Assembly (NCBI GenBank): GCA_029261035.1
Contig: JAJDCD010000005.1
Coordinates: 91,516 to 155,515 of the forward strand
Direction: 5' to 3'
From: Candidatus Omnitrophota bacterium
Lineage (GTDB): Bacteria; Omnitrophota; Omnitrophia; Omnitrophales; JACROU01
Length of the DNA stretch: 64,000 nt
Shown: piece after piece, positions 1 through 10,288 of the stretch
How positions within the stretch are numbered: the first letter of the stretch is position 1
Layout of the letters: the number at the start of each line of letters is the position of its first letter
Position numbers and translations under genes: made by a program
The notes under the pieces: generated by a model
Told to the model about the DNA's origin: nothing
The model's input: only the letters and a program-made list of their open reading frames with translations
The model's database searches: none

Positions 1-1
1 T

Positions 2-997
2 GCGTGTGGTAAAACAAATTTGGCGATGATGAAGACCTCTTTAGAAAAGGATGGTTATAAGGTTTGGACTTTGGGAGATGATATTGCATGGCTTCATATA
101 GGGGATGATGGATATCTTCGTGCGATTAATCCTGAAGCTGGTTTTTTTGGAGTTGTACCTGGGACAAGTGAAAAAACAAACCCGAATGCATTGGAGATGA
201 TTCAAAAAAACACAATTTATACGAATGTCTTAAAAGCATCTGACGGTACTGTTTGGTGGGAAGGTAAGGGGGAAGCTCCTCCAGATGGGGTTAATTGGTT
301 AGGACATCCCTGGACGATTCGTAGTTCTGAAAAAGCAGCACATCCTAATAGTCGGTTTACAACGCCAGCATCTCAATGCCCTTCGATTGCTTCCGAATGG
401 GAAAACCCTGAAGGAGTTCCTATTAGTGCCATTATTTTTGGTGGGAGAAGAGCGAAAGTGACACCTCTTGTTTACGAAGCTTTTAATTGGCAGCACGGAA
501 CTTATTTGGGAGCAACGATTGCTTCAGAAACAACAGCAGCGCAGACGGGTGATGTGGGAGTTGTAAGAAGAGACCCTATGGCGATGCTTCCGTTTTGTGG
601 TTATAACATTGGTGAGTATTTTCAGCATTGGCTTAATATAGGTAAGAGTTTAGAAAATCCTCCCAAAGTATTTTATGTAAATTGGTTTAAAACAAATGAA
701 AAGGGAGAATATTTGTGGCCGGGATTTGGGGAAAACCTTAGAGTGCTGCGCTGGATTGCAGATCGGTGTCAGGGGAAAGGTGAAGTTTCTAAAACGCCGA
801 TTGGTTATATTCCAGAGTCTTTGGATTTTTCAGGTTTAGACCTTTCCGAGAATCAAAAAAAAGAGTTGTTCCAAATTGATTCTCAAGCATGGAAAGAAGA
901 AGTTCAGAGCCGAAAAGAGTTTTTTGCTAAATTGGGGGATTGTGTACCTAAAGAACTTGTTGAAGAAAATGAGAGCTTGGGGAAGCGATTTTCTTAA
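2..997 (+). CDS. pckG: GTP-dependent phosphoenolpyruvate carboxykinase, C-terminal part (5' end outside the window)
   Basis: The frame is open from base 2 (ACGKTNLAMM kinase-1a motif). It also contains GDDIAW, INPEAGFFGV, AHPNSRF, FGGRR, RRDPMAMLPFCGYN and WPGFGENLRVL. Confidence 0.95.
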   Translation, partial: ACGKTNLAMMKTSLEKDGYKVWTLGDDIAWLHIGDDGYLRAINPEAGFFGVVPGTSEKTNPNALEMIQKNTIYTNVLKASDGTVWWEGKGEAPPDGVNWLGHPWTIRSSEKAAHPNSRFTTPASQCPSIASEWENPEGVPISAIIFGGRRAKVTPLVYEAFNWQHGTYLGATIASETTAAQTGDVGVVRRDPMAMLPFCGYNIGEYFQHWLNIGKSLENPPKVFYVNWFKTNEKGEYLWPGFGENLRVLRWIADRCQGKGEVSKTPIGYIPESLDFSGLDLSENQKKELFQIDSQAWKEEVQSRKEFFAKLGDCVPKELVEENESLGKRFS

Positions 998-1119
998 TGT
1001 TTTCTTATAGGGTAATGCACTTCGTACGATCCGTTTGATTGTTCTGGGCCTTTAATCTACTACCTTCTTGTGATATGATTCACCTTCAATATTTGAACTG
1101 AGAAAGAGGATTTTGTGTA

Positions 1120-2229
1120 ATGAGACAAATTAAAGTACGTAATTTGATGATTGGCAGAGACTGTAGGGTGGCTGTTCAGAGTATGTGTGCCACAAGGACC
1201 CAGGATATTGAGGCGACCACAAGACAAGTTCAGTCTTTGGTGGAGCATGGGGCTGATTTGATTCGCATTGCTATTGATAATGATAAAGACGTGGAAGCTC
1301 TGAAGAAAATTAGGGAAGCAACAGACGCTCTTCTGGTTGTTGATTTACAAGAAAACTTCCCATTGGCTGAAAAAGTAGCTCCTTTTGTAGACAAGCTTCG
1401 TTATAACCCAGGGCATCTTCATCACCTTAAAAAAGAACTTTCGATTGAAGAGAAAGTGCAATGGTTGGTTTCTGTTGCTAAGAAACATGATCTTGCTCTT
1501 CGTGTGGGTGTTAATTGTGGTTCTATTGCTCCGGATTTTTTAGAAAAATATCCAGGAGATCATGTGAAAGCAATTGTGGAATCTGCTGTCTGGCATTGTG
1601 ATTTAATGGATCAATTTGGTTTTGAGAATTTTGTTGTTAGTTTAAAAGATTCAGATCCTGCAAAAGTTATTGAGTGTAACGAGTTGTTTCATAAAAGACG
1701 TCCTGACGTTCCAATTCATTTAGGAGTTACAGAAGCGGGTTTACTTCCTGACGGAGCCATTAAAACTCGTATTGCTTTTGAGAAATTAATTCCTCAGGGC
1801 ATCGGACAAACACTCCGTGTGTCTTTAACGCTTCCATTTGAGGAAAAATATAAAGAGATCGAAGAAGGTCGGAAGATTTTAGAAGATATAGCAAACAATC
1901 GATTTATTTCAGTCCCTGATTTTGGGAAGGGTTTAAATATTATTTCTTGCCCTTCGTGTTCTCGCGTTGAGAATAATGCGTTTGTGGAATTGGCTCAAGA
2001 GATTAAGAAAGTTACCGAGTATGCCAAGGAACATAAGTTTACCATTGCTGTTATGGGGTGTCGGGTGAATGGGCCAGGAGAAACAGATGATGCGGATTTG
2101 GGTATCTGGTGCGGGCCTTCGACTGTAACGCTCAAACAAAAAAAAGATACGCTTGGAACTTATAAATATGATGAAGTTGTTCCCGTTCTCAAAGGGAAGC
2201 TAGACGAGTTAATTGAAGTTAACAAATAA
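1120..2229 (+). CDS. ispG: (E)-4-hydroxy-3-methylbut-2-enyl-diphosphate synthase
   Basis: [27 protein letters not shown] and the Fe-S ligands CPSCSR...[11 protein letters not shown]. Confidence 0.95.
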   Translation: MRQIKVRNLMIGRDCRVAVQSMCATRTQDIEATTRQVQSLVEHGADLIRIAIDNDKDVEALKKIREATDALLVVDLQENFPLAEKVAPFVDKLRYNPGHLHHLKKELSIEEKVQWLVSVAKKHDLALRVGVNCGSIAPDFLEKYPGDHVKAIVESAVWHCDLMDQFGFENFVVSLKDSDPAKVIECNELFHKRRPDVPIHLGVTEAGLLPDGAIKTRIAFEKLIPQGIGQTLRVSLTLPFEEKYKEIEEGRKILEDIANNRFISVPDFGKGLNIISCPSCSRVENNAFVELAQEIKKVTEYAKEHKFTIAVMGCRVNGPGETDDADLGIWCGPSTVTLKQKKDTLGTYKYDEVVPVLKGKLDELIEVNK

Positions 2230-2253
2230 CGAATTAAGTGTAGGGGAATTAGT

Positions 2254-2664
2254 ATGACTGAAATGTCTGTTACTTATTTAGGGGATTTGCGTTGTCGTAT
2301 GAAACACGAGTCATCAGGTGTTGAGATTGTAACGGACGCTCCTAAAGATAATCATGGAAAAGGGGAGTCTTTTTCTCCTTCAGATTTAACTTCTTCTTCG
2401 GTGGCTGCTTGTATGATGACGATTATGGGAATCAAGGCAAAGCAGCATGATTTAGATCTTACTGGTTTGGAAGCTAAAGTCATAAAAGAAATGGTAACAG
2501 AACCTGAAAGACGTATTGGACGTATTGTTTTAAAGTTTAATTTTCCTAGAAGCTTTGAAGATAAGTATAAGGTCATGTTGGAGCGTGCCGCAATGACTTG
2601 TCCAGTGCATAAAAGTTTAAACCCAAAAATAGAAACCCCGGTTGAGTTTATCTACCCTGAATAA
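2254..2664 (+). CDS. OsmC/Ohr family protein
   Basis: TDAPKDNHGKGESFSPSDL, with two conserved Cys (AACM...TCPVHKSL). Confidence 0.9.
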   Translation: MTEMSVTYLGDLRCRMKHESSGVEIVTDAPKDNHGKGESFSPSDLTSSSVAACMMTIMGIKAKQHDLDLTGLEAKVIKEMVTEPERRIGRIVLKFNFPRSFEDKYKVMLERAAMTCPVHKSLNPKIETPVEFIYPE

Positions 2665-2726
2665 CAGAAGTCAGAAGACGGAGGCCAGAAGTCAGATTTA
2701 TGTTAGTCTGAGTTCATTCTTAACGT

Positions 2727-3248
2727 ATGACGTATGTTATTAGTTATCTCTTATCCAAATTAGTTCGAAATCAAGTTAAGCATTTTTATGGTCTTGGGAA
2801 TCTTCTTTCAGAAATTCAGATTCAGGAATTAAATTCTTTTTTCGAACCTTCTTTGTTGAGCAAGGTTCGCCTTATTTACCTGGAGGATGTTATACCTTCA
2901 AGGATTCATGTTCGTTTTTATTTACTCTGCTATCAGATGATGTTTAGACTTCAAAAGTTAGCTGGTTTAACTTTAGGCCCTTGTATTTTTCTTTCCCAAA
3001 AAACAGAAGATGTTGATTTTAAAGAGGTTCTTTTTCATGAATTGATTCATGTTGTCCAATATGAAGAGCTGTCTTATTTGAATTTTTTCAAAGCTTATAT
3101 AGGCGGATGGGTTAAGAATAGCTTTTCTTATTTCAAGATTCCTTTGGAAGTACAAGCTTATTATTGGACTAAATGTTGCTGGACTGAAAAACAGATCAGA
3201 GATGATTTAACGGGTACCCTTAAAATGGAGCTGAGGGCTTATAAATAA
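2727..3248 (+). CDS. Putative HExxH zinc-metallopeptidase-like protein (DUF4157-like)
   Basis: GLTLG...FHELIHVVQY...IPLEVQAY. Confidence 0.6.
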   Translation: MTYVISYLLSKLVRNQVKHFYGLGNLLSEIQIQELNSFFEPSLLSKVRLIYLEDVIPSRIHVRFYLLCYQMMFRLQKLAGLTLGPCIFLSQKTEDVDFKEVLFHELIHVVQYEELSYLNFFKAYIGGWVKNSFSYFKIPLEVQAYYWTKCCWTEKQIRDDLTGTLKMELRAYK

Positions 3249-3324
3249 AATTAATGTTGCTATCCGCTTGAGTCGAAAAATCTAATGAGAGTTTACTTAA
3301 AACCTTAAATCTTGGTTAAAAGAG

Positions 3325-3690
3325 ATGAAAAATCAAATTTTGATTATAGAAGACGAAGCTCAAATGTCCGGTATCTTGAAGGATATTTTAGAAGAGTACG
3401 ATTATAGCGTTGATTGTGTGGATACGGGTACTCAAGGCATTGAGCGAGCGATCACGGATAATCCAACCTTGATTATTTTAGATTTAGGACTTAAAGGAAT
3501 GGATGGAGTTCAGGTTTGTAGGACGTTGAAAGAGAATCATCAAACTTCAGAAATTCCAATTATTATTTATACAGGGCAGTTAGGAACGGAATTAGCAGAA
3601 GAAGCGAAAAAAGTAGGAGCGGATGAATATATGAGTAAAACGGTTGCTCCTATAAAAATGATTGAAACAGTACATAAATACATGAGTTAA
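3325..3690 (+). CDS. Single-domain response regulator receiver
   Basis: ILIIEDE, LIILDLGL, DGVQVC, PIIIYT and GADEYMSK; 121 aa. Confidence 0.92.
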   Translation: MKNQILIIEDEAQMSGILKDILEEYDYSVDCVDTGTQGIERAITDNPTLIILDLGLKGMDGVQVCRTLKENHQTSEIPIIIYTGQLGTELAEEAKKVGADEYMSKTVAPIKMIETVHKYMS

Positions 3691-3709
3691 AAAGTGGGGA
3701 GAGAAAGTT

Positions 3710-4969
3710 ATGAAAGAACGGATTGCTTTGAAGAGAGGGTACAGAACTCCTTTTGTTAAAAAAGATGCAGAATTTGCTCGGTTAAATACGGTAGATTTAT
3801 CTTGTCTTTTAGTGAATGACATTTTGAAAAAAATAGATTTTAATGCGTCGCTCATTCAGCATGTCGTGTGGGGGATGGTTGTTCCTGATGCTAATATCTA
3901 CTCCGTTGCACGTGAAGTGGTTTTAGGTTCAGAGCTGGATAATCGAGTTGAAGCTTATTCGGTTTCTAGGGCTTGCGCAACTTCTCTACAGGCAACAACA
4001 AATGCGGTTAGTTTCTATCATTCTTTTCCAGAAGAAAAATCAATATCTTTAGTTGGTGGTGTGGAATCATTCTCGTCTGTGAGGCCTGTATTAACAGACC
4101 AAGCATCTAACTATTTTAAATCGCTAGCCGTGCGGGCTGGGTTTGGGACTAAATTACTCAATGCCTTAAAGATTCCAATTACTCGACTCTTTCCTGTGCC
4201 GCCAGCAGCAAGAGAGTATTCAACTGGACTCACCATGGGAGAGCATTGTGAGTTGATGGTTAAAGAATTTAAAATTGAACGAAAGCGTCAAGATGCATTT
4301 GCATTGGCGAGCCATCAAAATGCGGTAAAAGCTAGAGAAGTGATTGAGCCTCAGATCGTTGATGTATTGGGAGTTAAAAAGGATACGTTGATTCGAGATA
4401 CAACTTCTATGGAAGCTTTGTCTGGTTTGAGACCAGCCTTTGATTCGAAAACAGGAAGCGTTACTGCGGGGAACGCTTCTCCTTATACGGATGGTGCTGC
4501 AGCTCTTTTTGTTATTTCACCTGCGTTGGAATCTGAAGTGAAGCCCGATGCTTTTATGAGTGATTTTGAGTATGTTGGATTTAATCCTGCGGATGGTCTT
4601 TTGATGGGACCTGGAAAAGCAATGTTACGTATATTACAAAGACAAAATTTGCGATGGAATGATTTGGATTATATCGAAGTTCATGAGGCATTTGCAGGAC
4701 AAGTTCTTTGTAATGTGGAAGCGGTAAATTCCTCTGATTATAGAACTAATCAATATGGTGTTTCATATGATGCGGGTAAATTAGATGAGTTGACAATTAA
4801 CCCTTATGGGTCTTCTATTTCTTATGGACATCCATTTGGTGCTACGGGAGCACGAATGGTTTCTCAGGCGATTGCGTATCTTGAGAAGAATAATAAGAGT
4901 AGGGCTTTGGTTTCGGCTTGTACGGCAGGGGGATTGGCGGGGGCGTGTTTAATTACGCGTGAAGGTTAG
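3710..4969 (+). CDS. Acetyl-CoA C-acyltransferase (thiolase, FadI-like)
   Basis: YRTPF, catalytic Cys in SRACATSLQA, VHEAFAGQVL, GHPFGATG and SACTAGG. Confidence 0.92.
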   Translation: MKERIALKRGYRTPFVKKDAEFARLNTVDLSCLLVNDILKKIDFNASLIQHVVWGMVVPDANIYSVAREVVLGSELDNRVEAYSVSRACATSLQATTNAVSFYHSFPEEKSISLVGGVESFSSVRPVLTDQASNYFKSLAVRAGFGTKLLNALKIPITRLFPVPPAAREYSTGLTMGEHCELMVKEFKIERKRQDAFALASHQNAVKAREVIEPQIVDVLGVKKDTLIRDTTSMEALSGLRPAFDSKTGSVTAGNASPYTDGAAALFVISPALESEVKPDAFMSDFEYVGFNPADGLLMGPGKAMLRILQRQNLRWNDLDYIEVHEAFAGQVLCNVEAVNSSDYRTNQYGVSYDAGKLDELTINPYGSSISYGHPFGATGARMVSQAIAYLEKNNKSRALVSACTAGGLAGACLITREG

Positions 4970-4980
4970 GTTGGTATAAG

Positions 4981-5260
4981 AGTTGTTTTGGAGAGCCTGG
5001 GTAGTTTTCCGGCGCTCAGACAGCACAAAAGTAAAATGCACTTTTGTGAACTCGCGGCGGAAAACTACCCAGGCTCTTTTCGAGCAAACACTTGTGGGCT
5101 GTTGGGGGTTGAAACAAGATGGGCGTCGAGCCCATATTGTTTCTTGGGTTTATTGTGTTTCGTTATTGTGTAAATAACGAAACGCGTTTTTGTTGTTAGG
5201 TGTTTATAAGAAATCAGGGATAAAGGCATTTGTTGCGTGGAATGGCTGGTTTAGGATTTA
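4981..5260. repeat. ~280-bp structured intergenic repeat, copy 1
   Basis: Colinear similarity to 15893-16170. It holds three hairpins, including agagcctgggtagttttccg/cggaaaactacccaggctct. Confidence 0.9.
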
Positions 5261-5300
5261 AATTAAAGCTAAAAGCTATAGATTTTGAAGAGGAAAAGTT

Positions 5301-6086
5301 ATGGTGAAGATGGATAAGAAGACTATTGTTTGGTTGGAGAATCTTTTGTTGAGGAGTCGGAAGATTGCTTTGGGGTATTTTCAGAAGTCGATTAAGGTTT
5401 CTCGAAAAGCGGATCGATCTCCGGTTACTTTGGCGGATAAAGAGATTGAGAAGTTTTTAAGAAAGGAAATTGCGAAGAAGTTTCCTGATAATGGAATTTT
5501 GGGAGAGGAAACGGGTTTTTCTGGAAAGAATAAAAAAACATATTGGGTTATTGATCCTATTGATGGAACGCGTGCTTTTTCTAGAGGGTTGCCTTCATGG
5601 GGGATTTTGATTGCTAAAGTTGAAAACAGAAAAGTGGTTGTGGGTGCCTGCGATTTCCCAGTAATTCAAACGTCTATAATTGCCGTTCGTGGAAAAGGAG
5701 CCTACGAAAAAGTAGGGAATAAAAAAACAAAATTCAAAAATGCAAAGCCCATTAATTTTTTGAAAGATGCGGTTCTTTTTCATGGGGGAGCTTCTTTCTT
5801 TTTGAGCTCTAATTATGCTAAGCCTTTTCAGAAAGTAATGAAGCAGTGTTATTTGGAGAGAGCTTATGGGGATTGCTTTGCTTATCTATGGGTTTTAAGA
5901 GGTCAAGCAGATTTGGTGTTAGAGAAAGGGGTTAAAGAGTGGGATATGGCTCCTTTTTCTATTTTTGCTTCAGAGACGGGACGTGTTTTAGTTGATTTTA
6001 AGGGAGTTTCTAATTTTAAAGGTCCTAATACGATCTTTGGTTCCCCGAAGTTGGTTAAACAAGTTGTTTCTTCCTTTAAGAAGTAG
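5301..6086 (+). CDS. Inositol monophosphatase family protein, probably HisN-type histidinol-phosphatase
   Basis: KADRSPVTLAD, GEE, WVIDPIDGTRAF, RAYGD and WDMAP. Confidence 0.85.
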   Translation: MVKMDKKTIVWLENLLLRSRKIALGYFQKSIKVSRKADRSPVTLADKEIEKFLRKEIAKKFPDNGILGEETGFSGKNKKTYWVIDPIDGTRAFSRGLPSWGILIAKVENRKVVVGACDFPVIQTSIIAVRGKGAYEKVGNKKTKFKNAKPINFLKDAVLFHGGASFFLSSNYAKPFQKVMKQCYLERAYGDCFAYLWVLRGQADLVLEKGVKEWDMAPFSIFASETGRVLVDFKGVSNFKGPNTIFGSPKLVKQVVSSFKK

Positions 6087-6193
6087 CCTTGTTTTACTTG
6101 TATTCATCTCCAGTTTTAATTCTAAATTGCCGAAGAGAATATATGCGTTATACTTAGTTTAAACGGATTGTTTTAAACAAAAAAGAGGTTTTC

Positions 6194-8068
6194 ATGGACG
6201 ACATCATTGATGAAAAGAAAATGGGTAAGGAAAAAGCTAAGTCTTTATCCGTAGCAGAACAAGCTCGAGAAACAGAATGGACTCTTCCAAGTTTTGTTCA
6301 ACAACTTTTTAATGGAAATGTTCATTGGGAACATTTACTTCCTTTTGCACAACAAGATGAAGCAGATAAGAAAATAGGGGATGAATTTCTTTTACGCCTC
6401 GAACCTTTTCTTAAGGAAAATTTAGATCCTGATTTGATTGACCAGACAGGTGATATTACAGAAGAACAATTAAAAGGACTGGCAGATTTGGGTTTGTTTG
6501 GAATTAAGATCCCGAAAAAATACGGCGGTCTTGGTATGAGTAAGTTTAACTATAATCGTATTGTGGGAATGGTAGCGAGTCATTGTGCTTCTACAGCTGT
6601 TTATTTATCAGCACATCAAAGCATTGGAGTTCCTCAACCTCTCCTTCTTTTCGGAACAGAAGAACAAAAACAAAAATACTTACCTCGTTTTGCAAAAGGA
6701 GAAATTTCTGCTTTTGCATTAACAGAGCCAAATGTGGGTTCGGATCCTGCTCAGATGAGCACGATTGCAACTCCTATTGATGGTGGTGAGTCTTATTTAA
6801 TTAACGGAGAAAAATTATGGTGCACGAATGGAACCCGTGCGGACGTTCTTATTGTAATGGCGCAAACACCTCCTAAAGTTGTGAACGGTAAAGAAAGAAA
6901 ACAAATCACAGCATTTATAGTTGAGAAAACGATGCCTGGTTTTGAAATTTTACATCGATGTAGTTTTATGGGTTTGCATGGTATTCAGAATGGTTTATTG
7001 AAATTTACAGACGTTAAAGTACCTAAAGAAAATATTATCTGGGGTCTTGGGAAGGGGCTTAAGCTTGCGTTGACGACTTTGAATACAGGACGTTTAACGA
7101 TACCTGCAGCAGCGACTGCTGTCGGGAGAGTTTGTTTGAAAGTTTCTAAAGATTGGTCCAATGAACGTTGTCAGTGGGGATCTAAAATAGGGGAGCATGA
7201 AGCTGTAGCTTCAAAGCTTTCTTTTATGGCTTCAAACTTATTTACAATGGATAGTGTGAATCAATTTACTTCTATAGCGGCAGATAAAGGAAATATGGAT
7301 ATTCGATTGGAAGCCGCAATTGCAAAGCTTTACTGTACGGAAGCGAGTTGGACGATTGCTGATGAGACCGTTCAAATTCGTGGTGGTAGAGGTTACGAAA
7401 GTTCTCCTTCTTTAAAAGCTCGCGGCGAACTTGGGATTCCTGCAGAACGTATTTTGAGAGACGCGCGTATTAATACGATTATTGAAGGAACCAGTGAGAT
7501 TATGCGTTTGTTTATTTCTCGTGAGGCGATGGATGATCATGTTAGAAGAATAACGATGATTTTAAGTCCGAAACGAAGTTTAGTACAACGATTCATTTCT
7601 GTAATTAAGAGCACCTTTCATTATGCTTTATGGTATCCGAAACAATGGATTTACATAACTCGACTTGGGCATAGTTCCTTGGATCCAACACTCAAGAAAC
7701 ATCTTAAATATGTGGATAAAACGAGTCATAAATTAGCCAGAAACCTTTTTCATGTAATGGCGATCTATCAGCAAGGATTAGAAAAGAAGCAGCAGGTTTT
7801 ATTTCGTCTTGTGGATATTGGAATGTATTTATTTACCATGGCTACAACCTGTGCCAATGCACAGCGTTTGATGGAAGAGGACCCTGAAGGGGAAGGTTTA
7901 AAAGCTAAAAACCTAGCCGATCTTTATTGTCGAGAAGCTAAAAAGAAAATTAAAGCGCGTTTTACTTACCTTTTTGACAAAGATGATAAGTTTTCATATA
8001 AAATAGCCCAAGAAGTTTTGGATGGAAACTATGATTGGATGGAAAACGATATTATTCTTCCTTATTAA
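6194..8068 (+). CDS. Acyl-CoA dehydrogenase (VLCAD/ACAD9-like)
   Basis: AFALTEPNVGSD, NGEKLWCTNG, LNTGRL, QIRGGRGYE and IIEGTSEIMRL. Confidence 0.93.
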   Translation: MDDIIDEKKMGKEKAKSLSVAEQARETEWTLPSFVQQLFNGNVHWEHLLPFAQQDEADKKIGDEFLLRLEPFLKENLDPDLIDQTGDITEEQLKGLADLGLFGIKIPKKYGGLGMSKFNYNRIVGMVASHCASTAVYLSAHQSIGVPQPLLLFGTEEQKQKYLPRFAKGEISAFALTEPNVGSDPAQMSTIATPIDGGESYLINGEKLWCTNGTRADVLIVMAQTPPKVVNGKERKQITAFIVEKTMPGFEILHRCSFMGLHGIQNGLLKFTDVKVPKENIIWGLGKGLKLALTTLNTGRLTIPAAATAVGRVCLKVSKDWSNERCQWGSKIGEHEAVASKLSFMASNLFTMDSVNQFTSIAADKGNMDIRLEAAIAKLYCTEASWTIADETVQIRGGRGYESSPSLKARGELGIPAERILRDARINTIIEGTSEIMRLFISREAMDDHVRRITMILSPKRSLVQRFISVIKSTFHYALWYPKQWIYITRLGHSSLDPTLKKHLKYVDKTSHKLARNLFHVMAIYQQGLEKKQQVLFRLVDIGMYLFTMATTCANAQRLMEEDPEGEGLKAKNLADLYCREAKKKIKARFTYLFDKDDKFSYKIAQEVLDGNYDWMENDIILPY

Positions 8069-8122
8069 TTTAAATCCTAAATAGAGCTTGGTTCGTAGTA
8101 AATATAAATTATCCAAGTTCTT

Positions 8123-8203
8123 GTCATCCTGAGAGGAATTAAAATTTCCTAACTCAGGATGTGTATTTAAAACTTCTAGATTCTTCTATATACTCAGAAT
8201 AAC
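8123..8203. repeat. Degenerate GTCATCCTGAG...CTCAGAAT(G/A)AC palindromic REP-like element
   Basis: gtcatcctgag...ctcaggat...agattcttc...ctcagaataac. Confidence 0.5.
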
Positions 8204-8242
8204 ATTTGAATACTAAAACCATTTGCTAATGAAAGAAACCGA

Positions 8243-9436
8243 GTGTCTGAATTTCTTACTTATATCGCTTATTATTTTGCGGGGCTTGCTTTAAATCTAA
8301 CTCCGTGTGTTTATCCTATGCTTTCGGTGACGGTTGCTTTGTTAGGGAAACAGGAAGAGGGTAGCAAGTTATCTAATCGTATCCTTAAGTCGAGTGTCTA
8401 TGTTTTGGGAATGGCCACGATGTATAGTTCCTTAGGTGTTATCGCGGCATTAACAGGGGGATTTTTTGGGGATTGGCTTAGCCATCGATGGGTTCTTTTA
8501 GGAATAGGCATTCTTATTTTTGCATTATCCTTAAGCCTTTTTGGTGTATATCAATTACAAGTACCAACAGGAATTCTTTCTAAATTAAATCAGAAAAGAG
8601 GTGTGGGTTTACTGGGGATTTTTCTTGCAGGACTTTTCGTGGGTATTTTTGCGGCTCCGTGTATTGGTCCTCCAGTTGCAGCTTTATTAGCTCTTGTGGG
8701 GACGATCCAAGATCCTTGGTATGGGTTCTTTTCTTTTTTTATTCTTTCGTTAGGGTTAGGAACTCCTTATTGGTTTTTGGGAGTTTTTTCTAATTTGCTT
8801 TCAAAATTACCTAAATCAGGAATGTGGTTAGTATGGGTTGAGAGACTTTTTGGAATCTTGCTTTTAGGAACTGCTTTTTACTTTTTTACTTTGGCGTTCT
8901 TCTCTAAGTACATTTTTTGGGTGGTTCCTATGACACTTGTATTGGGGGGGCTTTATTTAGGTTTTGTGAATAAGAACGGCAATGAGATTCGTTTATTTCA
9001 GAGGTCGAAATGGATTGTGGGCATTATTGCTTTAGTGTTGGGTGGAACATTAATCGTTCAGGAATTAAATAAACCTCAATCCTTAGATTGGGAGCCTTAT
9101 TCGGGAGCTACTTTCAGTATTTATAAAGAGAAAGGAGAGCCAATTATGGTCGACTTTTTTGCTGACTGGTGTGCTCCTTGTCATGAAATGGATCGATACA
9201 CCTTTTCGAATCAAGAAGTTATTCGTAAGTTAGAGCCTTTCAAAAAGTTACGAGTGGATGTAACCCTTGTAGATTCACCTTCTTCAAAGGAATCTTTGTC
9301 GCGGTTTAATGTAACCGGAGTTCCTACATTGATTTTTTATAACTCTAAAGGGGAAGAGGTGAGTGAAGCTCGAACCATCGGGTTTTTGCCTCCGGATCCA
9401 TTTCTAGAAAAAATCAAATCTGCTTTAGAATCTTAA
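8243..9436 (+). CDS. DsbD/CcdA-type transmembrane domain fused to thioredoxin
   Basis: LTPCVYPM and APCIGP Cys motifs in TM helices; C-terminal DFFADWCAPC. Confidence 0.9.
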   Translation: MSEFLTYIAYYFAGLALNLTPCVYPMLSVTVALLGKQEEGSKLSNRILKSSVYVLGMATMYSSLGVIAALTGGFFGDWLSHRWVLLGIGILIFALSLSLFGVYQLQVPTGILSKLNQKRGVGLLGIFLAGLFVGIFAAPCIGPPVAALLALVGTIQDPWYGFFSFFILSLGLGTPYWFLGVFSNLLSKLPKSGMWLVWVERLFGILLLGTAFYFFTLAFFSKYIFWVVPMTLVLGGLYLGFVNKNGNEIRLFQRSKWIVGIIALVLGGTLIVQELNKPQSLDWEPYSGATFSIYKEKGEPIMVDFFADWCAPCHEMDRYTFSNQEVIRKLEPFKKLRVDVTLVDSPSSKESLSRFNVTGVPTLIFYNSKGEEVSEARTIGFLPPDPFLEKIKSALES

Positions 9437-9493
9437 ACAGCTCAGATTTTAAGACTGTTAAAGTATTCAATTCTGCTGGTCGTTAAAAAAGAC

Positions 9494-10225
9494 ATGTCTA
9501 AAAAAGCCATTTTTTCATTTATTTTGTTCAGTTTTGTATGTTCCACTGCTTTTGCAGAGAATATTCCATTGCAAAGAGCCGCCCATTCTTTGATTATGCC
9601 GCCAGCAGGACAGATGATGAATGGGGAATACGATAAAACAAAAACAAAGGTTATGATGGGTTCCAAATTTGCGTTGACGACAACAGCCATGGTTGTTGGG
9701 TTAACGGTTGGAGGCCCCGTTACTTGGATATTGCTAGGGCCTATTGCGGGAATTCATATTTGGAGTTCAATTGATGCTTATAGAAATGCAGATGGCAGCC
9801 CTTCTCCTCAAATGATTTTAATTGAAAATACATATGGGCAGTTATTAGACGCTGAAAAAATATTGGAACAATCTCGCATTGTAAGATTAGGTATTCGAGA
9901 AGCGGTTAAACAAAGTCAGGTATTGTCTTTACAGTTAAGTCCAGTAAATTCGGGTGGGGTGCCTGTATTGGTGCAGCAGCAAATTCAAGTAGAAAAGTGG
10001 TTAATCCTATCCAAGCAGCACCGACTTTTTGAAGAAGTTAAGATAGATGAAGTTCGAATCACGACCATTGATGCAACGGACATGATGAGACAAGCTCAAA
10101 ATATCGAGCAACAGTTATTAAAACATTCACGTTCTTTTTCTTTCAATTCTATGAGTGATCAATTCTTAATTAGCGAAAAACCTTCTGAATTCCAGAATAT
10201 TGCTGCTAATTTCGCATTGCTTTAA
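9494..10225 (+). CDS. Hypothetical exported protein
   Basis: Signal-peptide-like N-terminus (..STAFA) and a hydrophobic segment; no recognised family. Confidence 0.6.
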   Translation: MSKKAIFSFILFSFVCSTAFAENIPLQRAAHSLIMPPAGQMMNGEYDKTKTKVMMGSKFALTTTAMVVGLTVGGPVTWILLGPIAGIHIWSSIDAYRNADGSPSPQMILIENTYGQLLDAEKILEQSRIVRLGIREAVKQSQVLSLQLSPVNSGGVPVLVQQQIQVEKWLILSKQHRLFEEVKIDEVRITTIDATDMMRQAQNIEQQLLKHSRSFSFNSMSDQFLISEKPSEFQNIAANFALL

Positions 10226-10288
10226 TCTAGAGCACCCCTCAATTTCTTTACTTCATTACTCTTCATACTTTTGCTATAATTCCCAGCT

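Noticed and set aside
4983-5177. Short ORFs over the 280-bp repeat (also 15845-16036)
   Set aside because: They lie in the structured repeat, and the frames are not conserved between the two copies.
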